Source: Mobula hypostoma (taxonomy: Eukaryota). Taken from it: 64,000 nucleotides of DNA. Positions 10,530 to 23,712 of the stretch are shown piece after piece. The notes under the pieces are model-generated. The model was given only the letters and a program-made list of their open reading frames with translations. It did not search any database and was not told the origin of the DNA. Location of the stretch: NCBI RefSeq assembly GCF_963921235.1, contig NC_086108.1:86926001-86990000 (forward strand), read 5' to 3'. Both the position numbers and the translations under genes were made by a program. Position 1 is the first letter of the stretch. Every line of letters begins with the position of its first letter.

Positions 10530-11855
10530 AGATGGATAGATAGATACTCTATTGATCCCAGAGGAAATTACAATGTCACAGTAGCATTACAAGTGCACAC
10601 ATAAACAAATATTAGAAGTGAAGAAAGAAAGAATAAAAAATAAGTTACCTCAGTCTAACAGGAAGGAGTCATCACTTCCCTGGCTATAGGTTAACTTATT
10701 ATAGAGCCTAATGGTAGAGGGTAAGAATGACTTTGTATAGCGCTCTTTCAAGCAGTACAGTTGTCTTAGTCTATTACTAAAAGTGCTCCTCTGTTCAGCC
10801 AAAGTGGCATGCAGAGGGTGAGAAACATTGTCCAGAATTGCCAGGATTTTCCATAGGGTCCTTTGTTCTACCACAGCCTCCAGTGTGTCCAGTCTGACTC
10901 CTATAACAGAGTCAGTCTTTCCAATGTATATTGAGCCTGTTGGCATCACCCGTGTTGATGCTATTGCCCCAGCACACGACTGCAGATAAGATTGTACTGG
11001 CAACAACAGAATGTGAAGGAGAGGCCTGCATACCCTAAAGGACCTCAGTCTCTTCAGGAAGTAGAAGCAACTCTAGCCCTCTTGTACACAGACTCTGTGT
11101 TGGTGCTCCACTCAATTCTGTTATCCAGGTTCACCTCCTGGTACTTGTAGGTCTTCACCACATCCACATCATCACCATCAATAGTAACAGGGACTTTAAG
11201 CGGGCTTAAGGCTGATTTATTCTTGTGCGTACAGGCTACACCGTAGCCTACACCATAGACTTGATTTACACTTTTGCGTAGCCCTACGCCATAGCGAGCA
11301 TGCGTAGTTGTGTCTGCTTCGCTCTGCAATTCACCGCCAAAACACTAGTTGGCGGTGGGGTTCCTATGCCACTGTGTTGAGTTTCTTCGTGACAGACATG
11401 GACGAGGAAATGCATTTCAAATATTTTCGGATGTCGGCAGGTAGATTTGATGATTCGGTTCATCGTCTCCAACCATTTATTTCGCATCAGTGTACAGACA
11501 TGGCGGAGAAAAGCAACCGGAAATGCGTAGGAGGAAATGCGATGCTACCAAGTGGACCAATCACAGTTGTTGCTGTCTGCATCACCACGGCGCGTGAGTT
11601 ACATTTTTGGGGAGGTGCACGTCACCCTACTGCGTACATTTGACACACAAGTATAAATCAGCCTTAAGTCTTCTTAAAGTCCATCACCATCTCTTTTGTC
11701 TCACTGATGTTGAGCTGCAGATGATTCAGCTTACACCTTTTGACAAAGTCCTCCACCAAGGCCCTGTATTCATCCTCCCATCCTCCCTTCATACACCCAA
11801 CTATTGCTGAGTTATCAGAGAATTTCTGCAGATGACATGACTCTGCATTGTATCT
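10530..11855 (-). mobile_element. Rex1/Babar LINE 3' part, interrupted by a Harbinger MITE
   Basis: PVTIDGDDVDVVKTYKY; ILDNVSHPLH...SFLPSTIRLYN; (AGAT)n tail. Confidence 0.8.
11209..11664 (+). mobile_element. PIF/Harbinger non-autonomous element with a transposase fragment
   Basis: TIRs AGGCTGATTTAT(T/A)CTTGTG; TTA/TAA flanks; [20 protein letters not shown] resembles a Harbinger transposase N-terminus. Confidence 0.75.
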
Positions 11856-13624
11856 ATTAAAATATCATCTTGACATTGCAGAACTTGATTGATAGTCACC
11901 TGGAATACTTGAGCTGATAGTGTTATGATAGCTTGCTTTACAAGTTCAACAACTTTGGAATTTAATTCTCAAGAGCGTTTGCTTTCTTTGTATGTGTTAG
12001 CTATCCACTGGAAGGAGTCAAGTCTTACTAGTTGAGCAAACAAACCTTATAACTATAGATAAAGGGTATTGTTCATTATCCCCATTTGTTATAATTGCTG
12101 CAGAGCTAGACAACTGGCTACCTCCAAAATGGGTATCACCCAGGTATTTTGTAACACTTCCACAAATATCCTGCATCATTCAAACTCATTTGGTTCTCCT
12201 GCTAACAGAGCTTTCATCACAAACAGCAGATGGCTCAATTTGTATTAGATCATTCTGGCATTTGGTTGAAAACATGTGAGCTTGGTGTCGTTCAATGCCA
12301 AAGTAGGAATCTTTAAAAATATTTTCATATTATTCCACTATCTCCTTAAACATTGTTGTGATATATTCACATTGAATCAATTCTTCCAATGCATCCTCAA
12401 CTTCGACAATCAATTTTCCCTGAACCAAATTGGTTTATTGAAATAATAAACACTATAATTGGTCATCGTGCTTTTTGCCATTATGGAGGATGACAAAGTT
12501 CTTACAATGTTCTCAAAGTTTTACCAGAAAATTGGCTCAACTTTAATATGCTTCTTGTTAATAACACTTACAGAATATTTAGCCAAACATTTTCCTTGCC
12601 ATGATGGTCGGCTGTGTCAACATTCATTTTAAAATCTTGATTTTAATTCTTGACTCCAATGATTTATTTTTCTTTTCAAATATACAATGTTGAAATGTAT
12701 TGCTGATAGACGTTATGTAAGCTTTCTTTCCTTGATTATTTGCTGCATTTATTTCCTTTCCCCTGGGACACTTCTCAACAGCCACTGTTTTGTCTTGCTA
12801 CACTCTATTAGCCCTGTGTACAGAATCTTTGTGCTTTCTACAATTAAAGCACCTTGTTGCTCTGAACAGAAGCAGTTTCTGAATGATCCACATGGTAACA
12901 CCAGTAGAGCTTTCTGTCAGACCAACTTTTCATGCCACTCACACTCCTGTCACATGGGCTCAACATCAAGGCCACCCATATTGTTCATGTCTTTAATCGC
13001 TGTACCATATCTACACCAGCATTCTGCACACGCTGTAATTTATTAACATTTTAGAGGCCATTTCCATTAACAGAGCTGGCTTATATAAGCATTTGAAAGA
13101 TTAAATAGTATGTTTCATAACATGAATGTATAAGTTTACCAACAACAGAGACCATCCAAGATTGCTCTAAGCTAACAATAGTACAAAAGATTTTTTTTAG
13201 AAAATCCATATAGTTGTTAATCTTTTTGCTTGACCATCATTTGTGAGTTCTAGCTTATAATTTCATACAATTTGCAAATGCACTAGATGGAAATCATTTC
13301 CAGCTTTTAGAACATGGAACTGTACAGGCCTTTTGGCCGACAATGTTGTACGGACCCCTTAATCTACTCCAAGATCAATCTGGCCCTTCACTCTCACATA
13401 GTTTTCAATTTTTTTTTCCTCCATGTGCCTATCTAAGAGTCTCTAATGTATGGAACATTAATTTGGAATGTGAAAGTAGTTACCTAATATTGGATGAGTT
13501 TCTGACAACTGGTGTTTTTTTGGCTCAAGTTCATAGGTATTTATTAAGAATGTTACCATGGTTCATTTTACTATCACCTGTACTTCCAAAATCTTTGTCT
13601 CCAATAGTCATGGCAATTAAATCA

Positions 13625-14195
13625 TACTTCTTCGAAAATACGTTCGTCCATCGTCGACGTCGATGAGGATCTCAACACCATTATCTTGGTGTGGAGACCA
13701 GTGCATGATTTGGATTTAAGTGAGGGAGAGTTGCGCAGCGTCAGCCTCACTCTCTCTTCCCAATTCCCATCTGGATCCAGTGGCAAGACAAGAGTCGAGA
13801 CGGCTGGAGATGGGACTAGGCGCAGTGGATGACCAGGACGTCTTCTGTGTCTTGTACTGCTCTACACGTTCTACGACACTTGCAGAGACCGCCTTCTTGA
13901 TCTTCCATTGGTCTCGTCCGATCAGTCCGCTGGAGTCTGTCTTCACATACTGGGATAGACAACTCCCTGTCTCACTGAGGGTTTGAGATCCGTCAGCTAC
14001 CCTCACCTGGGTTAGCCGGCTTGTTGAAGCCATTGCCTGGGGTGTGGCCGCTGTCGCAAGCAAACAGCTACGGGGAGCCACAGGTGAGAGCTGAGTGCCA
14101 GGTGGAGACCAAAGTTGGACTAACCACCTTGAAAAGGATGCAAAATGTTCTCCCACCAGAGGTGCTACCCCTCCCTGACACCCCATACACCCCAT
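13625..14195 (-). mobile_element. Unclassified GC-rich interspersed repeat (possibly RTE-related, non-autonomous)
   Basis: CpG-rich block with abrupt boundaries in AT-rich DNA; no credible ORF. Confidence 0.35.
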
Positions 14196-14202
14196 TCAAA
14201 AG

Positions 14203-14790
14203 TATAGAACATAGAACAGTACAGCACTGTACCTGCTCTTTGGTTCATGATATTGTGCCATCCTTTTAACTTTCAAAATCTGTCTAACTCTTCCCTCCCA
14301 CATAGCCCTCTATTTTTCTTTCATCCATGTGCCTATTTAAGAGTCTCTAAAATGCCCTGACTTATCAACTTCTACCAGCACCTCTGGCAGTGCATTCCTG
14401 TCACTTACCTCTCTGCAAAGACAAAAGTATCCCTGATATCTCTCCTATATTTTCATTTAATCACCTTAAAAGTATGTTGTCTTGTATTAGACATTGCCAA
14501 CATGGGGAAAAGGTGCTGGCCATCTACTCTATCAATGCCTCGTTATCATCTTATACACTTGTGCCAAGGCTCCTCTCAACCTCCTTTACTCCAAAGAGAA
14601 AAGCCCTAGCTGGCTTAACCTTTGCTCATAAGACATGCTCTCTAATCCAGGAAGAATCCTGGTAAATCACCTCTGCAATCCCTCTAAAGCAGGGGTTCCC
14701 TACTAGTTTTTATGCCATGGACACCGACCATTAACCGAGGGGTCCGTGGACCCCAGGCTGGGAACCCTTGCTCTAAAGCTTCCAAGTTCT
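14203..14790 (-). mobile_element. CR1 LINE 3' fragment
   Basis: (ATAGAAC)n tail and degenerate CR1 ORF2 end. Confidence 0.7.
14690..14770. mobile_element. hAT (Charlie-type) MITE, 81 bp
   Basis: TIRs CAGGGGTTCCC / GGGAACCCTTG; perfect 8-bp TSD CTCTAAAG (14682-14689, 14771-14778). Confidence 0.85.
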
Positions 14791-14979
14791 TCTACTGGAT
14801 GTGGTGATTTCACAATCTAGAAATTCTTTAGAAGTCAGTATTGAGGCATAAAGCATGTTTCTCGTGGCCATTTATTGAGTGTTTTATGAATGAAGAATGA
14901 AACAAAGAAAGGAGAGAGAACAAAGAAGTCGTCAGAATCAGGTTTAATGTCACTGGCATATGTTATGAAATTTGTTCTT

Positions 14980-15305
14980 TTGTGGCCTAAGGTAGAAGGA
15001 GATGAGTTATACAGCTCTTGTTACATGCATGTGCAGTTCAGCTCTTTGAGTGATTATGCAGAAAGTTTGAAGTTAATAACTCACCCCTTTCTACCTTAGG
15101 CCACAAACTAATCAGTCACCCCTGCTGTGGACCACTTTCTGGAGATCCAAGATGTCGACTTCTACAAAGGAGGGATCCGTATGCTCCACGACCGCTGGAC
15201 TAAGTGTGTAAATGTAGGAGGGAACTATGTTGAAAAATAAATGTGCTAGCTTTTCTAAAATTGACTCCTTCTACCTTAGGCCACGAACTTATCAATCACC
15301 TCTCG
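14980..15305. mobile_element. Mariner-type MITE with three TIR copies (left end clipped)
   Basis: GTGGCCTAAGGTAGAAGGAG plus two copies of its reverse complement; ends CACCTCTCG-TA; same family as 48761-51536. Confidence 0.75.
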
Positions 15306-15599
15306 TACACCCTCTTGAAAGATGCTCTGATGTCAGCCTTTGAGACAGAGATCACAGGGTCACGAGATGCTACAGGGATTTGCAGAGGTGTAGTTTTATT
15401 CTCCCTTTCAAAATTGCGTAAAAGGTGTTGAGCTCGTTTGTGAGTGAAACATCGCAGCGATTTATGATGTTAGGCTTTGATTTGTAGAAGGTAATGGCGT
15501 GCAAGCTGACATCCAATTCTGTCTCTAACCTAAATCGGAATTGTTTTGTTCATTTGTGGTCACCTTAAAGAAAAGCTGTAAAGCCAACATGACATTGTA

Positions 15600-16930
15600 A
15601 TGATTGCAATTAACCAGCCATATTCAAGTAGTGTGTTACCTCCTATAGGAAAACTAAGAAGCTTCTGGAAAAACACATTAGCAGCTGTACTACAATTAAT
15701 GAAAAATTCACTGAATAATTGCATGTCCACATTTGATTATATAAAAATTGTAGCAAGCAATTAAAAGATTAAATTATGAAAAATAACAATATTGCATTCT
15801 AATCCAACATTCCCCTCTTTGATTCTACATCACACATTTAAGATCATAATATCTGAAAATTTCAGAGACAGAAGTTTTGCAATACCTGTGTCAAGTATAA
15901 AATAACTAATAAATTCACTCTGAATTGTGAAAACAAAGGTACTCATACAATAATGTCATAACCAAATGGATTGTCCTTATGAGTAAGTACACTATAAATA
16001 GGTATAACCAGAGTAGGTACACTCACTCACAAACTCGCGTGTTTGAGCAGTTCTATTAATAATTGTCCTTATACAAGTAATTAAGATGTAAATTATGATA
16101 AAGAACATCAGGACAAATACTATAACATTATATAAAGTAATTCCTGCTTTGCTTTGATCCAGTTAAAGAACTTCCTTCTATCAGATTGATGTGTTCGTTG
16201 CTTCTTTATGAAAATGATTAGCCAAATCAGTAATGTCCTAGGAATGTAAGTACAACACTCTTTGCCTTAACTGCATGTTTCCACCTTAACTGCTAGGGAA
16301 AGATCTAAACTCAAACAATTTTGGAGAACTATCTTACGCATTGCATTCATTTTTTGTTGTTACTTTCTGTAAGACACCAGATTTGCTCTTTAGACTTTTT
16401 ATTGACTCTGTCATACTGATATTGTAATTTATCAGTTTTCTTCTCCTTTTTCACTTGCTTAGTTAAATTTTTAACATGCAATTAACTCTAATACATAATC
16501 TTCTAGCTCAGCTCATTCTCATTTTCTTAACTGTGATAAGACTGCTAGCTTTTTTCTCTTTCACATTCTCTGGATCTTACTTCATGCCCTTTTAATATCT
16601 TCTAGTAGCCAAGTTTCATTAAACTCAACAGTGATGGTATATTTCATCCACGTTTCTTCATTAATCTTACCAAACCGAAATACTTGGTTTAAATGAGAAC
16701 ACAAACCCTCAGCCATCTGTTCAGATGTAACAACTGGAGGTTCAATCCGTCCTTTTTCTGGAGTAGGTTTCTCTAAGTTAGCATGATGTCAAATCTCCTT
16801 TAGGATTCCCCCTAGAGCACTTGCTCAAATCACTAGATTGCAATTGAAATTCCTGTATCACTAAATTTGTGCCATCAAACTCTCTACCAATACTTTCCCC
16901 TTTGTCTAGGATTCTCATATGGCGTTAAAT
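15600..16930 (-). mobile_element. Possible degenerate LTR-retroelement or ERV remnant
   Basis: Minus-strand polypurine tract AAAGAGGGGAA directly followed by TGTTGG (15820 to 15804); A-rich minus-strand interior; left boundary uncertain. Confidence 0.3.
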
Positions 16931-16939
16931 ATTTGCAGA

Positions 16940-17310
16940 AAAGGCCAACACATCATATACCTTCTTAAGCACCATGCAAAGTGTATGGTAAATTTGAGGG
17001 CTCTATGGACCTAGACACAAAGACCCCTCTGTTCCTTCACATTGCCAACAATCCTGTCACTAACTTTGTCATCAAGTTCAATCTTCCAAAATGCTTTATT
17101 TCACTCATTTCCAGATTGTACTCTATATGCCTCTTCTCAGTCCAGCTCTGCACCTTTCAATGTCCTGATATAAACTACGACAAACTTCTACACTATCCAC
17201 AACACCACCAACCTTCATGTCATCTGCAAACTTACTAACCACCCTTCCTCTTCACCATCTAAGTCATTTATAAAAGTTACAATGAGCAGGGGTCCCAGAG
17301 CAGCTCCTGT
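16940..17310 (-). mobile_element. CR1 RT fragment
   Basis: Minus strand ...GGTTAGTAAGTTTGCAGATGAC (SKFADD) in CR1 context. Confidence 0.7.
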
Positions 17311-18046
17311 ACTTGAATCTGAACCTCCAACTTGCTGTGATGAACCATTTTCTACTCTGATAACATCAGTCATCAAACAACGTCCTCAAAGATAGCATCA
17401 TTTCTTATGGCTGAGATTCTTCATCATCCTCTTCTCAGTGTCTACACTATGTATATTTAAATATCTTACAATTGCAATTTATATATAATTGATGCGCAGC
17501 ATGATGTTTTGTACCATCACATATTTCTGTAACATTTCAGATCTGTAGGAGCAGCTGATTATAACTAGCACACACAGTTTTGATGTGTCATGCTTGTGCC
17601 TGTTGAAGGGAAGCAGTTCGTTTTCCATAGGCATTCCAAAGTTTCAGGAGTTTACCCTGTAGAAGTGATAGAGCAATCACTGGAGAAGACTCGTCAGTCA
17701 AAGCAGCCATGAAGGCAACTGAAATAACAAAGCACAGGCACCACTACATGTGGAACTTCACAAGGAATGTAAAGCTTGAATTGAAAAGAAAGCCAAGTAG
17801 TTAAAAGAACAGGCCTTGTTGCAAGGAGGTAAGGGCGGGAGTTTGGCTGAAGCATGAAAATATTGCATAAGAAAACCATGAAGAGAAGATCATTTAATCT
17901 AGAGCTGTGGTCACATCACAAGACATTGAGCAAGAAATTGTGATCCCCAGAATGTGGGTGGATAATATCAACAAAGGATATATTTTCAAAGCCCTAAAGA
18001 AAAACATTGAAGCATTCTACAAGAGCTTTGGATTTACTGTTTTATA

Positions 18047-18282
18047 GGATCCTGACCCGGATCTGGGCCGTACCCTCCAAATGTCCGGACCTACCTCCCT
18101 GTTTTTTTGCACCACCTTACTTTCCATTTTCTAGTTTGTATTTATGATTTATAATTTAAATTTTTAATATTTACTATCGATTTGTACTCCAGAGAGCGGG
18201 AAGCGCAGAATCAAATATCGCTGTGATGATTGTACATTCTAGTATCAATTGTTTGGCGACAATGAAGTATAAAGTATAAAGT
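18047..18282 (+). mobile_element. Rex1/L2-like LINE 3' UTR copy
   Basis: Close copy of 18733-18963; (AAAGTAT)n tail. Confidence 0.75.
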
Positions 18283-18437
18283 TAGCCACAAGGCTGTCAA
18301 ACAGTAAAGGCCGGGCATAGATTAGTGTGATACAGCATCACACCTGTGTGGCAACAGATTACTGGGTATTGATTTCCTGACAGCCTATTGTGAGTATTCC
18401 CAATCAAAGGCTTCACTAATACAGCAATTTCCCACAA

Positions 18438-18963
18438 AATTCTTCTAGGGTGCATCACAACCTGGTGTGGAAGTTGTCCTGTCCAAGACTGGAAGAAGCT
18501 GCAGAAGATCGTGAACACAGCGCAGCACATCACACAAACCAATCTTCCGTCCTTGGACTCACTTTACACCACACGCCGTCGGAGCAGTGCTGCCAGGATA
18601 ATCAAGGACACGACCCACCCAGCCAACACACTTTTCGTCCCTCTTTCCTCCGGGAGAAGGCTCAGGAGCTTGAAGACTCATACGGCCAGATTTGGGAACA
18701 GCTTCTTTCCAACTGTGATAAGACTGCTGAATGGATCCTGACCCGGATCTGGGCCGTACCCTCCAAATATCCAGACCTGCATCTCAGTTTTTTTGCACCA
18801 CCTTACTTTCCATTTTTATATTTTCTATTTATGATTTATAATTTAAATTTTTAATATTTACTATCGATTTGTAATCCAGGCAGCGGGAAGTGCAGAATCA
18901 AATATCAGTGTGATGATTGTACGTTCTAGTATCAATTGTTTGGCGACAATAAGGTATAAAGTA
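18438..18963 (+). mobile_element. Rex1/L2-like LINE 3' part
   Basis: TAQHIT...IIKDTTHPANTLFVPLSSGRRLRSLKTHTARFGNSFFPTVIRLLN. Confidence 0.8.
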
Positions 18964-20239
18964 GAATGGACTCATTCACAAGCCTTGATGGCAATCAGAG
19001 AGGGAGGGCCTGCAATATCCATGAGCTGTTCACTAGTGTTTCAGGATAACTGCTGGGCTGTTGCAAGAGTTCACAAATAAGGTGAGAAGCAACAGGATTA
19101 GCATGAAGAATTGAAGGGAGGTGACATCAGTCGAGTCTGGCACTGATGATATTGACAGTGAAGCTGAGATTACATGACTCTGAGGAAATGTTCAATATCT
19201 ATAAGCCTTATGCTGTTTACAGAATTGTTGAATGACCTGAGTCCAGCACAGATTGAGGTGGATACTTTAAGAAGGCACGACACTGGAATCTAGAGGTAAT
19301 TGCAAAGCTCTAAAAGTCCATGAAGATGTTGCAGCAGTAATGGACTTAAACAGTGTCATGAACATCTGCCGTTTTCCATCCTCTCTGCAAGAGGAATAAT
19401 ACTGGGGTTACTTACATGGTGAGCAAGAATATCTTCTTTATCCTCTGAGGTGATCTGTTAAGAGTTGATGATGCTTTGCTTCCATTCTGACCTTGTGAGT
19501 GAGGAGACAAATGTGGGAATTAATGACTGTACCATAGATGGAACAGTGAGTGAGTGGATGGGTGGTTTGCATGGTAGTGTTCTGCTTCCAGCACTTAAGC
19601 AGAGCCTCTATGTGCTCTTGATGAATGGCCTTGACATTATCAAGACCATCCTGATTTCTCCTCCTTCGCTCTGAAATGGTGGGTAAGAGATTTCTGGGCA
19701 TTATTGGGAATGTCATCGAGAGGCTGTGAGTGCAACCACGAATCTTCTCCTCTGCACTCCCGGTAGCAGAGCCTGAAATTAAGTGTTGTTTCAGGTCTGA
19801 CATTCGGCATGCAACTGACATGTCCAGTCCATCATAACAAGGGCTTCATTGAGTTAGGGCCCTGAGAGACAATACAGACATTAGTCTGCTAATTCTTCCA
19901 GTGATCTTAGAGGAAATTGCTAAGATGATGCTGGTGGTATCTTCCCTGTGCCAATAATTTCCTGTTCCTGTTCCAATAATTGTTTAGGCACAGAGAGAGT
20001 TTGTATTGACTGACAATTACATTTATTGATTCAGTAAAAAAACAAACATGCAAGTCATACTAAACCAAATAACTGTCTGTGCAACCGTTAGGTTCCTCTG
20101 AACCCACCCTGACCAGTTACGGAATAGAAAAGTTAATACGCAGCAAGACAAACTCACATTGGTCAGGCATACCTCTTGATCCTGACATAATCTTCACATT
20201 TTCAACATGGGTCATCCACCAGGCAATGTTTGAGTCTCC

Positions 20240-22525
20240 AGAATTGAGTGGTATAGAAATATCAATGCCCCTAAATGTAAAATCCTACAAAGTTTGGTGG
20301 AGACAATCCTATGCATCACAGAAAAAGTCTTCCCACCATTGAGCACATCTACAAGGATCACTGCCAGAAGAAAGCAGCATCCATTATTTGATTGGATTAG
20401 ATTCAACTTTATTGTCATTGTGCCGAGTACAGATACAAAGCCAATGAAATGCAACCAGCTTCTAACCAGAAGTTCAAAAGAATAGTATTATTTACAAAAT
20501 AACTGCAAATAAAAACTAAATGGTACAGCATACAAATATATAAGTACTGAGACAGTACAATATGGGTACCATACTGCTTAGCGCTGTGATGAGAGGTTCA
20601 GCAAGGTCACAGCCTCAGGGAAGAAGCTCTTCCTGTGCCTGCTGGTGTGGGAGCAGAGGCTCCTGTAGCGCCTACCGGATGGGAGGAGAGTAAAAAGTCC
20701 ATGGTTAGGGTGAGATGCATCCTTGGTAATGCTTTTCACCCTGCTCAGTCAGCGTTTATGGTAGATGTTCTCAATGGTGGGCAATTGGGTGCCAGTAATC
20801 CGCTGGGAAGTTTTCACTACCTGTTGGAGTACTTTGCGGTCCGATATGGGACAATTGCCATACCACACTGAGATGCAGTTGGTGAGTATGCTCTCTATGG
20901 TACGGCGGTAAAAGTCAAGCAAGAGGCTGAGCGCACCGGCCTTGTGGTGCGCCTGCACTAATGGAGATTATTGAGGAGATGTTACCCCAGTCGGTTGGGT
21001 TAGGCAACAACATTTCCTCCACGATCTCCACCAGCACAGGTGCACCACAAGGCTGTGTGCTTAGCCCCCTGCTCTACTCATTTCTCATTTTTGACTGTGT
21101 GACTCGGCATAGCTGCAATGCCAAATTCAAGTTTGCTATGACATCACTGTCATAGACCACATCAAACATGATGAATCAGCATATAGGAGGGAGATTGAAA
21201 ATTTGGGTGGGTGATGGCACAACAGCAACCTCTTACTCAATGTCAGCAAGACCAAGGAGCAGATTATTGACTTCAAGAGGAGAAGGTTCGTGGTCCATGA
21301 GTCAGTTCTCATCCGGAGCTCAAAGGCTCAGTGTTATCATTTCAGAGGACCTTCCTGAGCCCAGCATGTAAGTGCAATTACTAGAAAGCACAACAGGGCC
21401 TCTAGTTCCTTAGGTGTTTGCAAATCTTCATCATGGCTTCTAAAACTTTGACAAACTTATGTAGATGTGTGGTGCAGAGTATGTTGACTAGTTGCATCAC
21501 AGCCCATCACAGCCTGGTATGGAAACACCAATGCCCTTGAATGGAAAATCTGACAAAATTTGGTAGATACAACTCAGTCCATCATGACTAAGCCTCCCTA
21601 CTATTGAGCACATCTACACAGAGCTTTGTCACAGGAAAACAGCATCCATCATCAGGGACCCCAATCACCCAGGTCATGCTCTCTTTTTGCTATTGCCTTC
21701 AGGAAGAAGGTACAGGAGCCTCAGGACTCACACCACCAGGTTAGGGAGTAGTTGTTATACCTCAGTCATCAGGCTCTTGAACCAAAGGGGATAACTTCAC
21801 TCTATTTGCCCCATCATTGAAATGTTCCAGCAATCTATGGACTCACTTTCAAAGACTCTTCCATCTCATGTTTTTGATATTTATTGCTAATGCAGCTTAT
21901 TAGTACTATTATTATTACTTCTTTCATTTGGTATTTGCACAGTGTGATGTATCTTGCACACTGGTTGTCCACCCTGTTGGGTGCGGTCTTCACTGATTCT
22001 ATTACGGTTATTGGATTTACTGAGTATGCCCATAAGAAATCAAATCTCAGGTTTATATATGGTAACATATATGTACTTTGATAATAAACTTTGAAGGACT
22101 CCCATCGTCCAGGCCATGCTCTCTTTTCACCCCTACCATCAGGAAGGAGGTAGGGGAGTCTTAGGTCCCTTACCACCAGTTTCATGAGCACCTACCAGCT
22201 TCCAATCATCAGAGTCCCAAACTAGAGTGCATAACTTCTTTCACCTTAACACTGAATTGATTCCACAACCTATAGACACACTTTCAAGAACTCCACAACT
22301 CATGCTCTCAGTATTATTTATTTATTTGTTTGTTTGTTTCCTGGTTATTGTATTTGCTCAATGTGTCTTCTTTTGCATATTGGTTGTTTGACAGTATTTG
22401 TTTGTGTGTAGTTTTTCACTGATTCTATTGCATTCCTTAGTTCTACGAATACCTACAAGAAAATGAATCTCAGTGTAGTATTTGGTGGCATTTAAGTACT
22501 TTGATAATAAAATTACTTTGAACTC
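20240..22525. mobile_element. Cluster of Rex1/Babar LINE fragments: about 20240-20385 (+), 20390-20925 (-), 20980-22092 (+), 22095-22525 (+)
   Basis: FYRRTIESILTNCISVWYGNC; STGAPQGCVLSPLLYS; recurrent GTACTTTGATAATAAA...TTTGAA 3' ends. Confidence 0.75.
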
Positions 22526-23169
22526 TATAAACGCTGAGTTTTCGCTGTGCTGCTCTTTAAATCCTTCATTCTCATCCTCTTTCTTATCAGATTAAACTGC
22601 TGTGTTTTGATTTAATTGGCTCAGGCTCATCTGACTGACCTGCATTAGCTTCTCATTGAATCTCGCTCAGCTCAAGCAGCAGTATTACTTTATTGCTTTT
22701 CTCCAAACCTTGTGCCTCAGGTAAGTTTCTTTGTTCTTTCTGAATCAGAGCAGCTCAAACCAGTTTAGCAGGGTCAGCCAAACTCTGGGCTCAGGCTACT
22801 TCAGGTCACAAGTTGCTCCCTGCAGAAGCCTGCTATATTCACGTAACAGTTTCTTATTTGGAAATTATTTCAATTTTTACAGATTTTCAGCAGGAAGCCC
22901 ACTGTCAATTGTTCTGATTCAGCCATTTTGGAGCAAGAACCAGTTCAAACAATAGTTCACAAAATGGTGGCTTCAAGAATAGTGCCACAAAATAGCAGCC
23001 TCCACTCCTTCAAGCACATTACAGGAACAAAGTTATTTGGTTTCTCTGTTTCCACTGTCCTTAGCTCGTTCTCAACAGCCTGACTGATTATTGGGGTGAC
23101 AGGAGTGACAGCTGATGAGAGTTTGGAATGATTAGCCTTACATTTGCAAACTTTCATTCAAAGAATGAG

Positions 23170-23415
23170 ATAAGATCCCATTGAAAATTATAAAGCCTGA
23201 TAAAGTAGATGCAGGATGAATGGTCCCACTAATGGGAAAGTGCAGAAGCATGGTTACAATTTACTGGACTGAGATGGAGAGACATTTCTTCACCTAAAGA
23301 GTGCTGAGCTTGTGAAATTCTCTATCAAATGATGACGGATCAAGATCAATGAAATATGATCAAATTTAGATCCTATAGCAAAGGGAATCAAGGGATATGG
23401 TGGGGATGGGGAAAG
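23170..23415 (+). mobile_element. Old CR1 3' fragment
   Basis: Degenerate match to the CR1 ORF2 end. Confidence 0.45.
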
Positions 23416-23444
23416 CACTTTTACGGTCTTATGGTCTGAGATAC

Positions 23445-23712
23445 TTGGGGCAGAATGTTAGCCTAGTGGTTAGCACAATGCTTTACAGTACCAGTGACCT
23501 GGGTTCAATTTCTATCACTGTCTGTAAGGAGTTTGTACATTCTTCCCATGACCAGATGGGTTTCCTCCAGGTGCTCCTGTGGGGATTGGGCATTGTAAAT
23601 TGTCCTGTGATTAGGCTAGGATTAAATCGGGGGATTGCTGGGTGGTGTGGCTCAGAGAGCCGGAAGGACCTGTTCTGCACTGTATCTCATTGAATACATA
23701 ACTAAATAAATA
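23445..23712 (+). mobile_element. tRNA-derived V-SINE (HE1-like)
   Basis: A box TAGCCTAGTGG, B box GGTTCAATT, V-domain TGGGTTTCCTCCAGGTGCTCC, A-rich tail. Confidence 0.7.

Noticed and set aside
11308..11643. HARBI1-like host gene
   Set aside because: Short transposase remnant inside a 456-bp TIR element.
23445..23520. tRNA gene (also 34020-34095)
   Set aside because: The A/B boxes run into a V-SINE core and tail, and no full cloverleaf is apparent.
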